A stretch of DNA of 64,000 nucleotides, taken from the NCBI GenBank assembly GCA_944392565.1, contig CALXWX010000002.1, positions 117,853-181,852 on the forward strand. The letters are read 5' to 3'. The position numbers were made by a program, and so were the translations under genes. This DNA is from an uncultured Alphaproteobacteria bacterium (GTDB taxonomy: Bacteria; Pseudomonadota; Alphaproteobacteria; Rs-D84). Below the pieces are notes generated by a model that searched no databases, was not told the DNA's origin, and was given only the letters and a program-made list of their open reading frames with translations. This document shows positions 38,764-47,298 of this stretch, piece by piece (within the stretch, counting starts at the first letter, position 1; every line of letters begins with the position of its first letter).

Positions 38764-40040
38764 TAAATTTTATAACCAGATATTTTACATCCCTGTGGGC
38801 ATTTATAACATCACCATTTCGTGCGATGTGGCGCGTTATATGTCGCGTATTTCCACCACGGGAATTTACTGTAATGGATACCCCCCGTGGCAATGTTTAT
38901 ACTTTCCGGCAAAGCAGTTTTTGGCGATTTACAAAATTCTGCGGCAAAATCGGTTTGATTATTTGGGCGGCATGGTCAACGTATGTTTTTGTATATCACC
39001 GTCCATTATTGCAAAAACGCACCCAACAACTGGAAGAGGCTAAATCCACCCACGCCCGTCAAATGACAGATTTACAGGTATACCTGGAAAAATACAATGA
39101 GTTAACACGCAATCTGAATGTTATTGATGATAAAATTTTAAATGCCGGCGATCTGAAAGATTCAGAAAAAGAAGAATTAATGAACAACCGCCTGAAAACC
39201 TGGGGTGAATTAGACTTTCTGCGAACCAGATTAACTGAAATGTTCACTAATGAAGAATATTCCGCAGAATATACCAAGTTATCAGAACTGTCGACGGAAT
39301 TTGAATTAACACGTGCCGAAAATAATGAATTAAAACGCCGCAATGCGGAAATGGCTGAAAAAATGGAACAGATTGCCACCGCCGATATTCAAATTGTTGA
39401 CATGGTATCAAAGCTGGCGACGGAAAACATCGACGCATTACGCGATAATATTAAAAATATAAATTCAACCATTGCAACATTGGGATTGACGCAAAAGGTA
39501 CTGATTAATAATGCAAACAAATTCTCAAATCCGATGGTTGGCGCGGCATTTAATCCATTGGAATTTGATGACGACATGGATCCAAAATATCAAAAGCTGG
39601 CAGACGATTTAGAATTATGGAACGGTCTAAAAAAACTGGATACTGTATTACCATTGGGGGCGCCGGTTGAAAAAATGCGCATCACATCAAATTTTGGCAC
39701 CAGAAATGATCCATTCACTGGCAAGCCTAAAAAACATCGTGGCATTGATTTTGCCGGAAAAATTGGAACCGAATTAATGGCGGTGGCACCGGGGCGCGTG
39801 GTTTCGGCTGGTGAACGCGTTGGATATGGGACAACTGTCGAAATTGACCATGGATTAGGATTTACAACATTATACGCACATCTGTCCCAGGCATTGGTTA
39901 CGCGCGGCGACTGGGTGCGCCCTGGGACTGTTATCGGACTGGCGGGATCCACAGGTCGTTCAACAGGACCACATCTGCACTATGAAATTCGATACAAAGG
40001 TGTACCGTTTGATCCATCAAAATTTGTAAAGGACGAATAA
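38760..40040 (+). CDS. Bitopic M23/LytM-domain peptidase with coiled-coil region (LmdC-like)
   Basis: N-terminal TM, long coiled coil, HRGIDFAG and GSTGRSTGPHLHYEIR metal ligands. ATGA overlap with the upstream gene. Confidence 0.88.
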   Translation: MINFITRYFTSLWAFITSPFRAMWRVICRVFPPREFTVMDTPRGNVYTFRQSSFWRFTKFCGKIGLIIWAAWSTYVFVYHRPLLQKRTQQLEEAKSTHARQMTDLQVYLEKYNELTRNLNVIDDKILNAGDLKDSEKEELMNNRLKTWGELDFLRTRLTEMFTNEEYSAEYTKLSELSTEFELTRAENNELKRRNAEMAEKMEQIATADIQIVDMVSKLATENIDALRDNIKNINSTIATLGLTQKVLINNANKFSNPMVGAAFNPLEFDDDMDPKYQKLADDLELWNGLKKLDTVLPLGAPVEKMRITSNFGTRNDPFTGKPKKHRGIDFAGKIGTELMAVAPGRVVSAGERVGYGTTVEIDHGLGFTTLYAHLSQALVTRGDWVRPGTVIGLAGSTGRSTGPHLHYEIRYKGVPFDPSKFVKDE

Positions 40041-40041
40041 A

Positions 40042-40395
40042 ATGCTGGCATTTACAAACGCAAAAGAAAAACAATCACCCACAATAATTGGGGCAGGTTG
40101 CAAACTAACCGGCGACATGAAAACGGATCATACCGTTCAAATTCATGGTCATGTTGTCGGAAATATAACCGCAGAAACCGTCGTAATCGGACGCGGCGGA
40201 CGCGTTGTCGGAAAAATAAATGCAAATAATTTATTCTTGCATGGAACATTGGACGGTCCTGCAACTGTAAATACCGCAAATATATTCAGCAATGCCCAAA
40301 TGACCGGAACATTGGCGTATTATACACTAAACATAACCGGCAACACCGGACTGGAATGCAAATTATCTAAACGCAAGGATAAAAAGAATGAATAA
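40042..40395 (+). CDS. Bactofilin
   Basis: DUF583 beta-helix repeats: TIIGAGCKLTGDM..., VQIHGHVVGNI..., VVIGRGGRVVGKI... Starts 1 nt after the M23 stop. Confidence 0.88.
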   Translation: MLAFTNAKEKQSPTIIGAGCKLTGDMKTDHTVQIHGHVVGNITAETVVIGRGGRVVGKINANNLFLHGTLDGPATVNTANIFSNAQMTGTLAYYTLNITGNTGLECKLSKRKDKKNE

Positions 40396-40834
40396 AACAA
40401 TATCAAAAATTTACATCGCTGCCGACCATCGTGGGGTGGGGGTAAAATTATATTTAATAGAAATGTTAAACGCGGTCGGATATGCTGTTGTGAATCTGGG
40501 GACCGACGACCCGAATACCCCGGTTGATTTTCCAGACATTGCCAAAACATTGGCGGACAAGATGGAATCAGATGAAAAATCACGCGGTATTTTAATCTGT
40601 GGCACGGGCGCAGGAATGCAAATTGCGGCAAATCGCTATCGTCATCTGCGCGCATCGCGCTGTGATCGCCCAGACCAGGCACGCGACGACCGTTTTCATG
40701 ATGACATAAATGTTCTGGCATTGGCGGCGGATGATATTGATATCGAAATATCATTTTTAATCACACGCGCATTTTTGGAAAGTCCATTTGACGAAACCGA
40801 ACGCCGCATACGCAGATTGAAAAAAATTTCATAA
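40388..40834 (+). CDS. rpiB: Ribose-5-phosphate isomerase B
   Basis: IAADHRG...ICGTGAGMQIAANR. Confidence 0.9.
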   Translation: MNKTISKIYIAADHRGVGVKLYLIEMLNAVGYAVVNLGTDDPNTPVDFPDIAKTLADKMESDEKSRGILICGTGAGMQIAANRYRHLRASRCDRPDQARDDRFHDDINVLALAADDIDIEISFLITRAFLESPFDETERRIRRLKKIS

Positions 40835-40845
40835 ACAATCAAATA

Positions 40846-40870
40846 ACGCCCCCGATGGGGTGTTTTTTTT
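40846..40870 (+). terminator. Intrinsic terminator after rpiB
   Basis: acgcccc-cgat-ggggtgt plus T8. Confidence 0.75.
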
Positions 40871-40876
40871 ATACTC

Positions 40877-40905
40877 TTGCATTATTTTATATATCGCGAT
40901 AATAT
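40877..40905 (+). promoter_or_regulatory. Sigma70-like promoter for RNA copy 2
   Basis: TTGCAT (40877-40882), 17 nt spacer, TAATAT (40900-40905). The P0 hairpin begins about 8 nt downstream. Confidence 0.5.
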
Positions 40906-40909
40906 TAAA

Positions 40910-41128
40910 TTGTTAACGGGTGTTCCGTTAATGGGGTGTGACTACCTCTGCATAGGCGTCAGAATATAAACCCATCGCGTAATAACATACGCATGATTTA
41001 TTATTCGACGAAAAATATCTCCTGACATTAACCGGTCAGGAGGGCATGCGAATATATCGAATAAGCAGCACAATTCCTATGATTGTAGTCAACCTCCTGA
41101 CCACCATGCAAAAACTGGTGGTTTTTTT
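40910..41128 (+). ncRNA. Unassigned structured leader-like RNA, copy 2 (homolog of 4980-5135)
   Basis: P0 40913-40919/40925-40931, GGGGU 40933-40937, P1 40939-40945/41085-41091, about 70-nt insertion, P2 41019-41026/41035-41042. AAUAUAUCGAAUA 41051-41063, CAGCAC 41066-41071, CCUCCUGAC 41093-41101. Terminator ccacca/tggtgg plus U7 at 41101-41128. Confidence 0.6.
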
Positions 41129-41158
41129 CATTACGAAAAACAGCAGGAGATTGAACAA

Positions 41159-42082
41159 ATGAAAAACAAAATAACAATTACGCTAATCTTGTCGTCAATT
41201 TATATCATGGCATATACTGCTCCATCCAATTCTGCCGAATGCATGATAACCAGCACCATGTGTTCAGACGCATCCGCATCAACAATGCAATTGGGGGATC
41301 ATTGTTCACAAACGAACACATTCTGTTATTCTGGAACAAATTATACAGAATGCAAAACATGTGCATCTGGATATAAAATGACGCAGCATGTATTAAATCA
41401 CTCAACAGGCTGCACAATAACATACGACACATGTATAAAATCATCCGGCACCACAGACCCAGATCCATGCGATGATTGTTCACCCACACAATGGGTTAAT
41501 ATAACCGGTATTTTTGGCGACGCAACCGGATATCAATCACGAACCAATGCAACATGTGAATGGATTGAAGTGGACATAAATGGATTAACAAGTTACAAGC
41601 AAACATGTGTTCGCGAAGAAGAAGTGCGATGTGCATCCGGGTATTATGGCAACGCCGTGCATACCACCGGATACAGCGGATGCAACAAATGCCCAGAATT
41701 TAATGGCGGCGATGGGAACAGCGTATCGGGACAAAGCGCCGCCGGCACAGCTGCCGAAATAACAGATTGCTATGTTGAATATGATGGTGAAAATCCATTT
41801 TATGATAACACCGGCAGTTATATTTTTATCAGCCCATGTTATTATTCATACGAATCTGGTGATTGCCGCGTCCATGAACTGGCAACCGGCGCCACATGCA
41901 AATCTGCGACCCCAGTATGGGGTCTGGGCATGCACTGCGAAACAACAAAATACATTCGTCTGGATTCTGCTGACATGTGTTTTTCGCAGTGCGCAACATG
42001 CCCATCTGGGTATGAAATGCTGATTCGAACAACGACATACAGCGGATGCAATATCACATTTCAAACATGTGGCGAAATATAA
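41159..42082 (+). CDS. Secreted Cys-rich repeat protein (paralog of 44799-45410)
   Basis: Signal peptide. Internally duplicated module C-x-[TS]-C-[AP]-SGY-[KE]-M...GC-x-IT-[YF]-x-TC at both ends. CASGYYG...GCNKCP furin/ephrin-receptor-like spacing. Shared ITDCYV...TGSY.F..CYYS block. Confidence 0.8.
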   Translation: MKNKITITLILSSIYIMAYTAPSNSAECMITSTMCSDASASTMQLGDHCSQTNTFCYSGTNYTECKTCASGYKMTQHVLNHSTGCTITYDTCIKSSGTTDPDPCDDCSPTQWVNITGIFGDATGYQSRTNATCEWIEVDINGLTSYKQTCVREEEVRCASGYYGNAVHTTGYSGCNKCPEFNGGDGNSVSGQSAAGTAAEITDCYVEYDGENPFYDNTGSYIFISPCYYSYESGDCRVHELATGATCKSATPVWGLGMHCETTKYIRLDSADMCFSQCATCPSGYEMLIRTTTYSGCNITFQTCGEI

Positions 42083-42111
42083 AAACACCGCCCAAACGGG
42101 CGGTATTTTTT
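42081..42111. terminator. Bidirectional intrinsic terminator
   Basis: A-run, ccgccc-aaac-gggcgg, T-run. Shared by convergent genes. Confidence 0.8.
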
Positions 42112-44506
42112 ACTTCTTTATAACAAAGTTCACCATTTTATTTGGCACAACTATTGTCTTGATAATTTCGGCACCATCCAGCCTGCGTGATGCCGCATCG
42201 CGCGCCGCATCAATGATTTCAGATTCAGACGCATTTGCCGCAATCTGGAAATCACCGGCGCGTTTACCATTTACCGCCGCCACAATTGTCATGGTTGTTT
42301 TAACCAATTTTGCCGCATCATATGTTGGCCATGGCTGGAACACCAACATATCGTCATGTCCCAAACGCTGCCAAATTTCTTCGGTCAGATGTGGCGCAAA
42401 CGGATTCAGCATTTGAATCAAAACCTCGTACGCAGGGCGGGGCATAGTGCCACCGAATTGATTAATAAATTCCATCATCGCAGAAATCGCCGTATTAAAC
42501 CGCATGTTTTCCAGACGTTCTGTCATATCGGCGATTAATTGATGCACCAATCTTTCCTGGTCCGCATTCATGTCATCATCTGTCAAATTATCTGCCATAT
42601 TCTCTACGCGTTTCAAGAATCTTTGCACCCCAGCCAGCGCACCGTCCGACCAATTCACATTCGTATCCCACGGCCCCAGCGATAAAACTGTTGTACGCGC
42701 GGCATCCGCCCCAACGCGCGCCACCATTTCATCAACCTGGAATCCATTGCCGGCGGATTTAGACATCTTTTTCCCGTCCGACCCCATCAGCAATCCATTC
42801 GTGGTGCGTTTTTTATATGGTTCAACAGTGTTTACAAATCCTAAATCATATAACGCCTTGTGCCAGAAACGCGAATAAATCAGATGACGCGTATTGTGTT
42901 CGTTACCACCGTTATAGTGGTTAACCGGCATCCAACGTTCCATCTGTTCCCGCGAACAAAATTCTTTATCATTACGTGGATCCAGATATCGCATATAATA
43001 CCATGATGACCCCGCCCATTGCGGCATAGTATCCGTCTCTCTCCGTGCGGGCGCGCCACACTTTGGACATGTCGTATTTACCCAATCTGTTGCGCGCGCC
43101 AATGGACTTTCACCGTCTTCTGTTGGACGATAATCTTCCATATACGGTTGCATCAACGGTAATTCAGATTCCGGCACCGGCACCCAACCACACTTTTCAC
43201 AATATACCAATGGAATTGGTTCGCCCCAGTACATCTGACGCGAAAAACCCCAATCTGTCATTTTGAATCGTGTTTTCGGACGGGCAAAACCACGATCTTC
43301 GCCATACTTAATCGCGGCGGCAATCGCATCAGTCTTGTTCATACCATCCAAAAATCCTGAATTAATATGCGCACCATCCCCGGTCCAAACTTTATCTGCA
43401 TCGCCACCATCGATAACCGGGATAATTTTCAAATCAAACTTTTTCGCAAAGTCCCAGTCGCGTTCATCATGCGCCGGCACCGCCATAATCGTACCATGCG
43501 CATAATTCACCAATACATAATCCGCCACAAACACCGGAATTTCATCCCCAGTATATGGATTACGCGCCATAATACCGTCCAGACGCACGCCTGTTTTTTC
43601 TTTTGTTGCATCTGTCCGGTCAAATTCAGATTTTTCCGCAGACTGTTTTATATACGCACGCACCGCATCGGCATTTTTGATACGCCCGTCCGCCAGCCAT
43701 TTGGCAACCAGTTTATGTTCCGGCGCAATTGCACAAAATGTCGCACCAAATATAGTATCAACGCGTGTGGTATAAACGGTCATTACATCGTCACCAACCA
43801 TAAAATCAACATCCGCGCCCGTGGATTTCCCAATCCAATTTATCTGGTCGCGCTTTACGCGTTCTGGATAATCCACCAATGCCAAATCGTCCAACAAACG
43901 CTGGGCATATTTAGTAATCGCCAGATTCCACTGCATTTTTTCACGAATTTCAACCGGTCCATGACAACGATTGCATTTGCCATCTTCCAGTTCTTCGTTG
44001 GTCAATGTGGTTCGGCAATTCGGACACCAATTCATCGGCAACATAGACTTGTACGCCAAACCCGCATTAAAGAACTGAATAAACATCCACTGGGTCCATC
44101 TGATGTATTCTGGATCAGATGTCGCAATTTGCGATTTCAAATCAATCGACCAACCCATTTCCACCATATTAGCAGTAAATTTTTTTACCAGATCTGCAAC
44201 AACCACAGACGGGTGCTTGCCAATTTTTGTGGCATAGTTTTCCGCCGAAATACCCAATGAATCAAACCCCAGCGGATATAACACATCATAACCCTGCATA
44301 CGACGAAAACGCGCCATGACATCACAACCGGTGTAATTCAGCATATGCCCACCATGCAATCCCGTACCCGATGGAAACGGAAATTCCGCCAACATATAAA
44401 ACGGCGTCTTACTGCCATCATTTTTCGGGGTAAAGACACCGGCATCCGCCCAACGGCGCTGCCATTTTTCTTCGCGTTCATGGATTTTCTTAATATCGTC
44501 TGCCAT
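42110..44506 (-). CDS. leuS: Leucine--tRNA ligase
   Basis: 798 aa. HIGH-type GLHGGHMLNY, KMSKS (GKKMSKSAGNG), and a CP1 editing domain. Confidence 0.96.
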   Translation of the reverse strand: MADDIKKIHEREEKWQRRWADAGVFTPKNDGSKTPFYMLAEFPFPSGTGLHGGHMLNYTGCDVMARFRRMQGYDVLYPLGFDSLGISAENYATKIGKHPSVVVADLVKKFTANMVEMGWSIDLKSQIATSDPEYIRWTQWMFIQFFNAGLAYKSMLPMNWCPNCRTTLTNEELEDGKCNRCHGPVEIREKMQWNLAITKYAQRLLDDLALVDYPERVKRDQINWIGKSTGADVDFMVGDDVMTVYTTRVDTIFGATFCAIAPEHKLVAKWLADGRIKNADAVRAYIKQSAEKSEFDRTDATKEKTGVRLDGIMARNPYTGDEIPVFVADYVLVNYAHGTIMAVPAHDERDWDFAKKFDLKIIPVIDGGDADKVWTGDGAHINSGFLDGMNKTDAIAAAIKYGEDRGFARPKTRFKMTDWGFSRQMYWGEPIPLVYCEKCGWVPVPESELPLMQPYMEDYRPTEDGESPLARATDWVNTTCPKCGAPARRETDTMPQWAGSSWYYMRYLDPRNDKEFCSREQMERWMPVNHYNGGNEHNTRHLIYSRFWHKALYDLGFVNTVEPYKKRTTNGLLMGSDGKKMSKSAGNGFQVDEMVARVGADAARTTVLSLGPWDTNVNWSDGALAGVQRFLKRVENMADNLTDDDMNADQERLVHQLIADMTERLENMRFNTAISAMMEFINQFGGTMPRPAYEVLIQMLNPFAPHLTEEIWQRLGHDDMLVFQPWPTYDAAKLVKTTMTIVAAVNGKRAGDFQIAANASESEIIDAARDAASRRLDGAEIIKTIVVPNKMVNFVIKK

Positions 44507-44645
44507 TTTTATTATACCTGTGGTTAAAAATTTATGTAAAACAAGGAAATTTTATACATAAATGCCGACAAATTCAAGATTTTTTGAACAAGCATCTAAA
44601 CGAATATAAATTCAGAAAAATCATACAGTTAACAGCAAAAAAATA

Positions 44646-44761
44646 TGCCGAATCTAAACGGAGGGTTATTTTCGGCATACTTTATGGTTGACATTTGCCT
44701 GATTTTTCGGATAAAATAAAATGTAAATTGATTGAAATTAAATGTCCGTTTAGATTCGGCA
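44646..44761. repeat. Perfect 17-bp inverted repeat (tgccgaatctaaacgga / tccgtttagattcggca) enclosing 82 bp
   Basis: Left arm 44646-44662, right arm 44745-44761, exact reverse complements. An extra ttcggca at 44671-44677 can pair with the left arm. Confidence 0.9.
44688..44717 (+). promoter_or_regulatory. Near-consensus sigma70 promoter inside the inverted-repeat-bounded segment
   Basis: TTGACA (44688-44693), 18 nt spacer, TAAAAT (44712-44717). Points at the 44799 operon. Confidence 0.55.
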
Positions 44762-44798
44762 ACCTGTACTAACAAAACAAAGAGAGGGATTTCATACC

Positions 44799-45410
44799 AT
44801 GAATTACATCAGCAAGTTGTTATGGGGTTTTATCAGTACCATGATTTGTATTGTTTACAGAAGCGAAGCGAGTATAGTATGCACTGCATCATTACTAGAA
44901 AGTTTTCAAACAAATACTTGCAACAAAAATGCATGTAACAACCTGACTAATTGTCATTATACACAAGATTTTTTTACCGTCAGATACCCTATACCAGACG
45001 ATGGCACCCAGGTTTGCGCAAAAAACAAATATGTAGAATCTTGCAGAAATGCTTCTGGACAAACTGTAACTATTCCTGGTCGATTTGATTCGACATGTGT
45101 AAATGGCTTTGTATGCAAAGACTGTCCATCTGGTCCGGGCGGAACATTTACCGCAAGAGAATCTTTTAAACATGACATATCACCATACACCAGGGGTACA
45201 ATCATTTATTTATGTTCGAACAAAGACGCAAACAATCAACAGCTTGGCAGCAATTATCAAATGAAATATGAAATAATTAATTGCTCTATTGTTGGCACCA
45301 ATGGCAGCTATAACACCATAACCGATTGCTTTGTTAGATCTGGCATTATAACGAACGACGGTACAGGCAGTTACACATTTGTTAATTCTTGTTATTATTC
45401 GACGATATAA
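44799..45410 (+). CDS. Secreted Cys-rich protein (paralog of 41159-42082)
   Basis: Signal-like N-terminus, CKDCPSGPGGTFT furin-like spacing, and C-terminal ITDCFV...TGSYTFVNSCYYS block shared with the 307-aa protein. Confidence 0.78.
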   Translation: MNYISKLLWGFISTMICIVYRSEASIVCTASLLESFQTNTCNKNACNNLTNCHYTQDFFTVRYPIPDDGTQVCAKNKYVESCRNASGQTVTIPGRFDSTCVNGFVCKDCPSGPGGTFTARESFKHDISPYTRGTIIYLCSNKDANNQQLGSNYQMKYEIINCSIVGTNGSYNTITDCFVRSGIITNDGTGSYTFVNSCYYSTI

Positions 45411-45412
45411 TT

Positions 45413-46366
45413 ATGAAACCACATAAGCCGACCGTATCGATAATAGTATCTAACTATAATTACGGTAAATATATTACTGATGCGCTGGAATCAATAATGC
45501 ATCAAAGTCTGACCGACTGGGAATGCATTATTGTGGATGATGCCAGTACCGATGACAGTATAAAAATCATAAACAAATATGCCAAACGAGATTCGCGGTT
45601 TCGTGTAATTCAGCACAAAAAACGCATGGGCGCATCGGTGGCGCGCAACAGCGGGCTGGACATTGCACGCGGCGAATATATTGCGTTTTTGGATTCTGAC
45701 GATTGTTTTACAGAATATGCGCTGGAAATGTTGGTGCATACCGCAAAATCTACAAATGCCGATATGGTGGGTGGTAATACCAATATTGTTCCAGATGAAT
45801 TTCAATTTGTGCCAACAAAAAATTTGTCTTGGACGGCGGGAATCGTTGGGGGGACTAATAATCCAGCGGCATTTTTAATATCGCCGGCGGCACAAAAATG
45901 GTGTTGGATATGGCGGCGTATTTATCGGCGGGATTTTATTGGCAAAACACGATTTATCCCAGAATTTAAAACATTTGGGGATGATTTGACATTTATGTTG
46001 GATTTATGCTGGCAAACTGCACAAATGATAGAAACCCCAAATGTAACCGTATATCATCGGCAACATGCCAATGCGGCAACATCATCGGTGTTTTCGCCAA
46101 ATAACTTTAATTGGTTCCCGACATATTTTCGTCATATGCGCGATGAATTACAAGATAAATATGATGGGCATTTCTGGCGTATATATTACAGAAACAGTTT
46201 CGCATATCTGTTATTGGAAACTGTATTCAAGCCGAAACGACTGGGGCAATATCAGCAAGAAGCAAAACAAATTCTGATTGAATCAGTTAAATATATTCCA
46301 ATGCGGTATTTGACATTCAAGCAACGAATTTTATGTCGGTTTTTATTATGGATGAACAGAAAATAA
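45413..46366 (+). CDS. Family 2 glycosyltransferase
   Basis: VSIIVSNYNYGKYI...IIVDDASTDDS...LDSDD. Starts 2 nt after the previous stop. Confidence 0.88.
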   Translation: MKPHKPTVSIIVSNYNYGKYITDALESIMHQSLTDWECIIVDDASTDDSIKIINKYAKRDSRFRVIQHKKRMGASVARNSGLDIARGEYIAFLDSDDCFTEYALEMLVHTAKSTNADMVGGNTNIVPDEFQFVPTKNLSWTAGIVGGTNNPAAFLISPAAQKWCWIWRRIYRRDFIGKTRFIPEFKTFGDDLTFMLDLCWQTAQMIETPNVTVYHRQHANAATSSVFSPNNFNWFPTYFRHMRDELQDKYDGHFWRIYYRNSFAYLLLETVFKPKRLGQYQQEAKQILIESVKYIPMRYLTFKQRILCRFLLWMNRK

Positions 46367-47298
46367 ATATTTTATATTGCTTTGATACGCGATTTTGGCG
46401 CCTGGCGGCGGTATCTGTGTATTCATTGTTAAAAAATAAAAACGCCGAAACACAATATAATATTTATTGCATGGTGGCGCCACATACCCGTGGCAAGAAA
46501 AAGATTCAAGAAATAATTAATCAATTCCCCGGCACATCTTTAATATGGCGCCCGATAAAGAAACACGAAAACCCATTCCAAACATATGAATATTCCAGAT
46601 GGAGTCCCGTTATATTCTATCGCTTAATCGCCCACAGAATATTCCCTGAATTGGATAAAATACTGTACATAGATTCAGACACATTGATATGTGATGATCT
46701 GGGGGTGCTGTATAATACAAATATTTCTGATTATGTAATGGCAGCGGTGCCAGATGTTGCATTGATTGAACGCGAAGATGATCCGGTCGGCAAATATGTT
46801 CGAGAATTTATGCAAGAATATTTAAATAATGGTATATATTATAATTCTGGGGTGTTATTACTGAATTTAAAGAACATTGCTAAATACCAAGAATTATTAT
46901 TAAGCACAAAAATACCATTAAAATACCCAGACCAAGATTTGCTGAACGCTGCATTCGTCGGCAAAATAAAAACATTAGAATTAAAATATAACTATATCCC
47001 GGGGATAATGTATGTCCCCAGCCATATTCCCAATTCTCAATTGTATGGTTCAGAACGTGTAATTTTGCACTTTTACGCGGCAAAACCATATAACTATAAC
47101 ATGATTTCACGTATGGCATATTCTTTATTTTATAAAAATGCCACCGCCATTGGTATGCATCCCGAAGATTTTATAAAACACGAACAGAAATATTTAAAAC
47201 ATATTGCACATAAAAAATCATCGTCTGATGCGTTTCCATTTATTCGCATCAATGGAAATCAAATTAAATTATTTGGTATAACATTAATGCGAATTTAA
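46348..47298 (+). CDS. Family 8 glycosyltransferase (LPS/LOS hexosyltransferase-like)
   Basis: INILYCFD..., DxD in YIDSDTLICDD, and YYNSGVLLLNL. Overlaps the GT2 3' end. Confidence 0.85.
   Translation: MDEQKINILYCFDTRFWRLAAVSVYSLLKNKNAETQYNIYCMVAPHTRGKKKIQEIINQFPGTSLIWRPIKKHENPFQTYEYSRWSPVIFYRLIAHRIFPELDKILYIDSDTLICDDLGVLYNTNISDYVMAAVPDVALIEREDDPVGKYVREFMQEYLNNGIYYNSGVLLLNLKNIAKYQELLLSTKIPLKYPDQDLLNAAFVGKIKTLELKYNYIPGIMYVPSHIPNSQLYGSERVILHFYAAKPYNYNMISRMAYSLFYKNATAIGMHPEDFIKHEQKYLKHIAHKKSSSDAFPFIRINGNQIKLFGITLMRI

Noticed and set aside
40910-41128. Identity of the repeated RNA as SRP (4.5S) RNA, tmRNA, 6S RNA or an integron attC site
   Set aside because: The GGUCAGG...AAGCAGC resemblance to SRP RNA domain IV exists only in copy 2 and falls in a helix that covaries, so it is coincidental. 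There is no tRNA-like CCA end or tag ORF, which rules out tmRNA. Two copies with terminators do not fit 6S RNA. The stems do not fit the RYYYAAC/GTTRRRY attC cores in copy 2.
43367-44260. 297-aa ORF on the plus strand inside leuS
   Set aside because: It is antisense to a full-length, motif-complete leuS. Its composition is Arg/Ile/Phe/His-rich, typical of mirror-frame ORFs in A-rich coding DNA, and it has no SD. The same reasoning applies to 14701..15357(-) over rplM/rpsI, 6003..6581(+) over tolA, 49760..50308(+) over aroK and 23268..23837(+) over the 738-aa gene.
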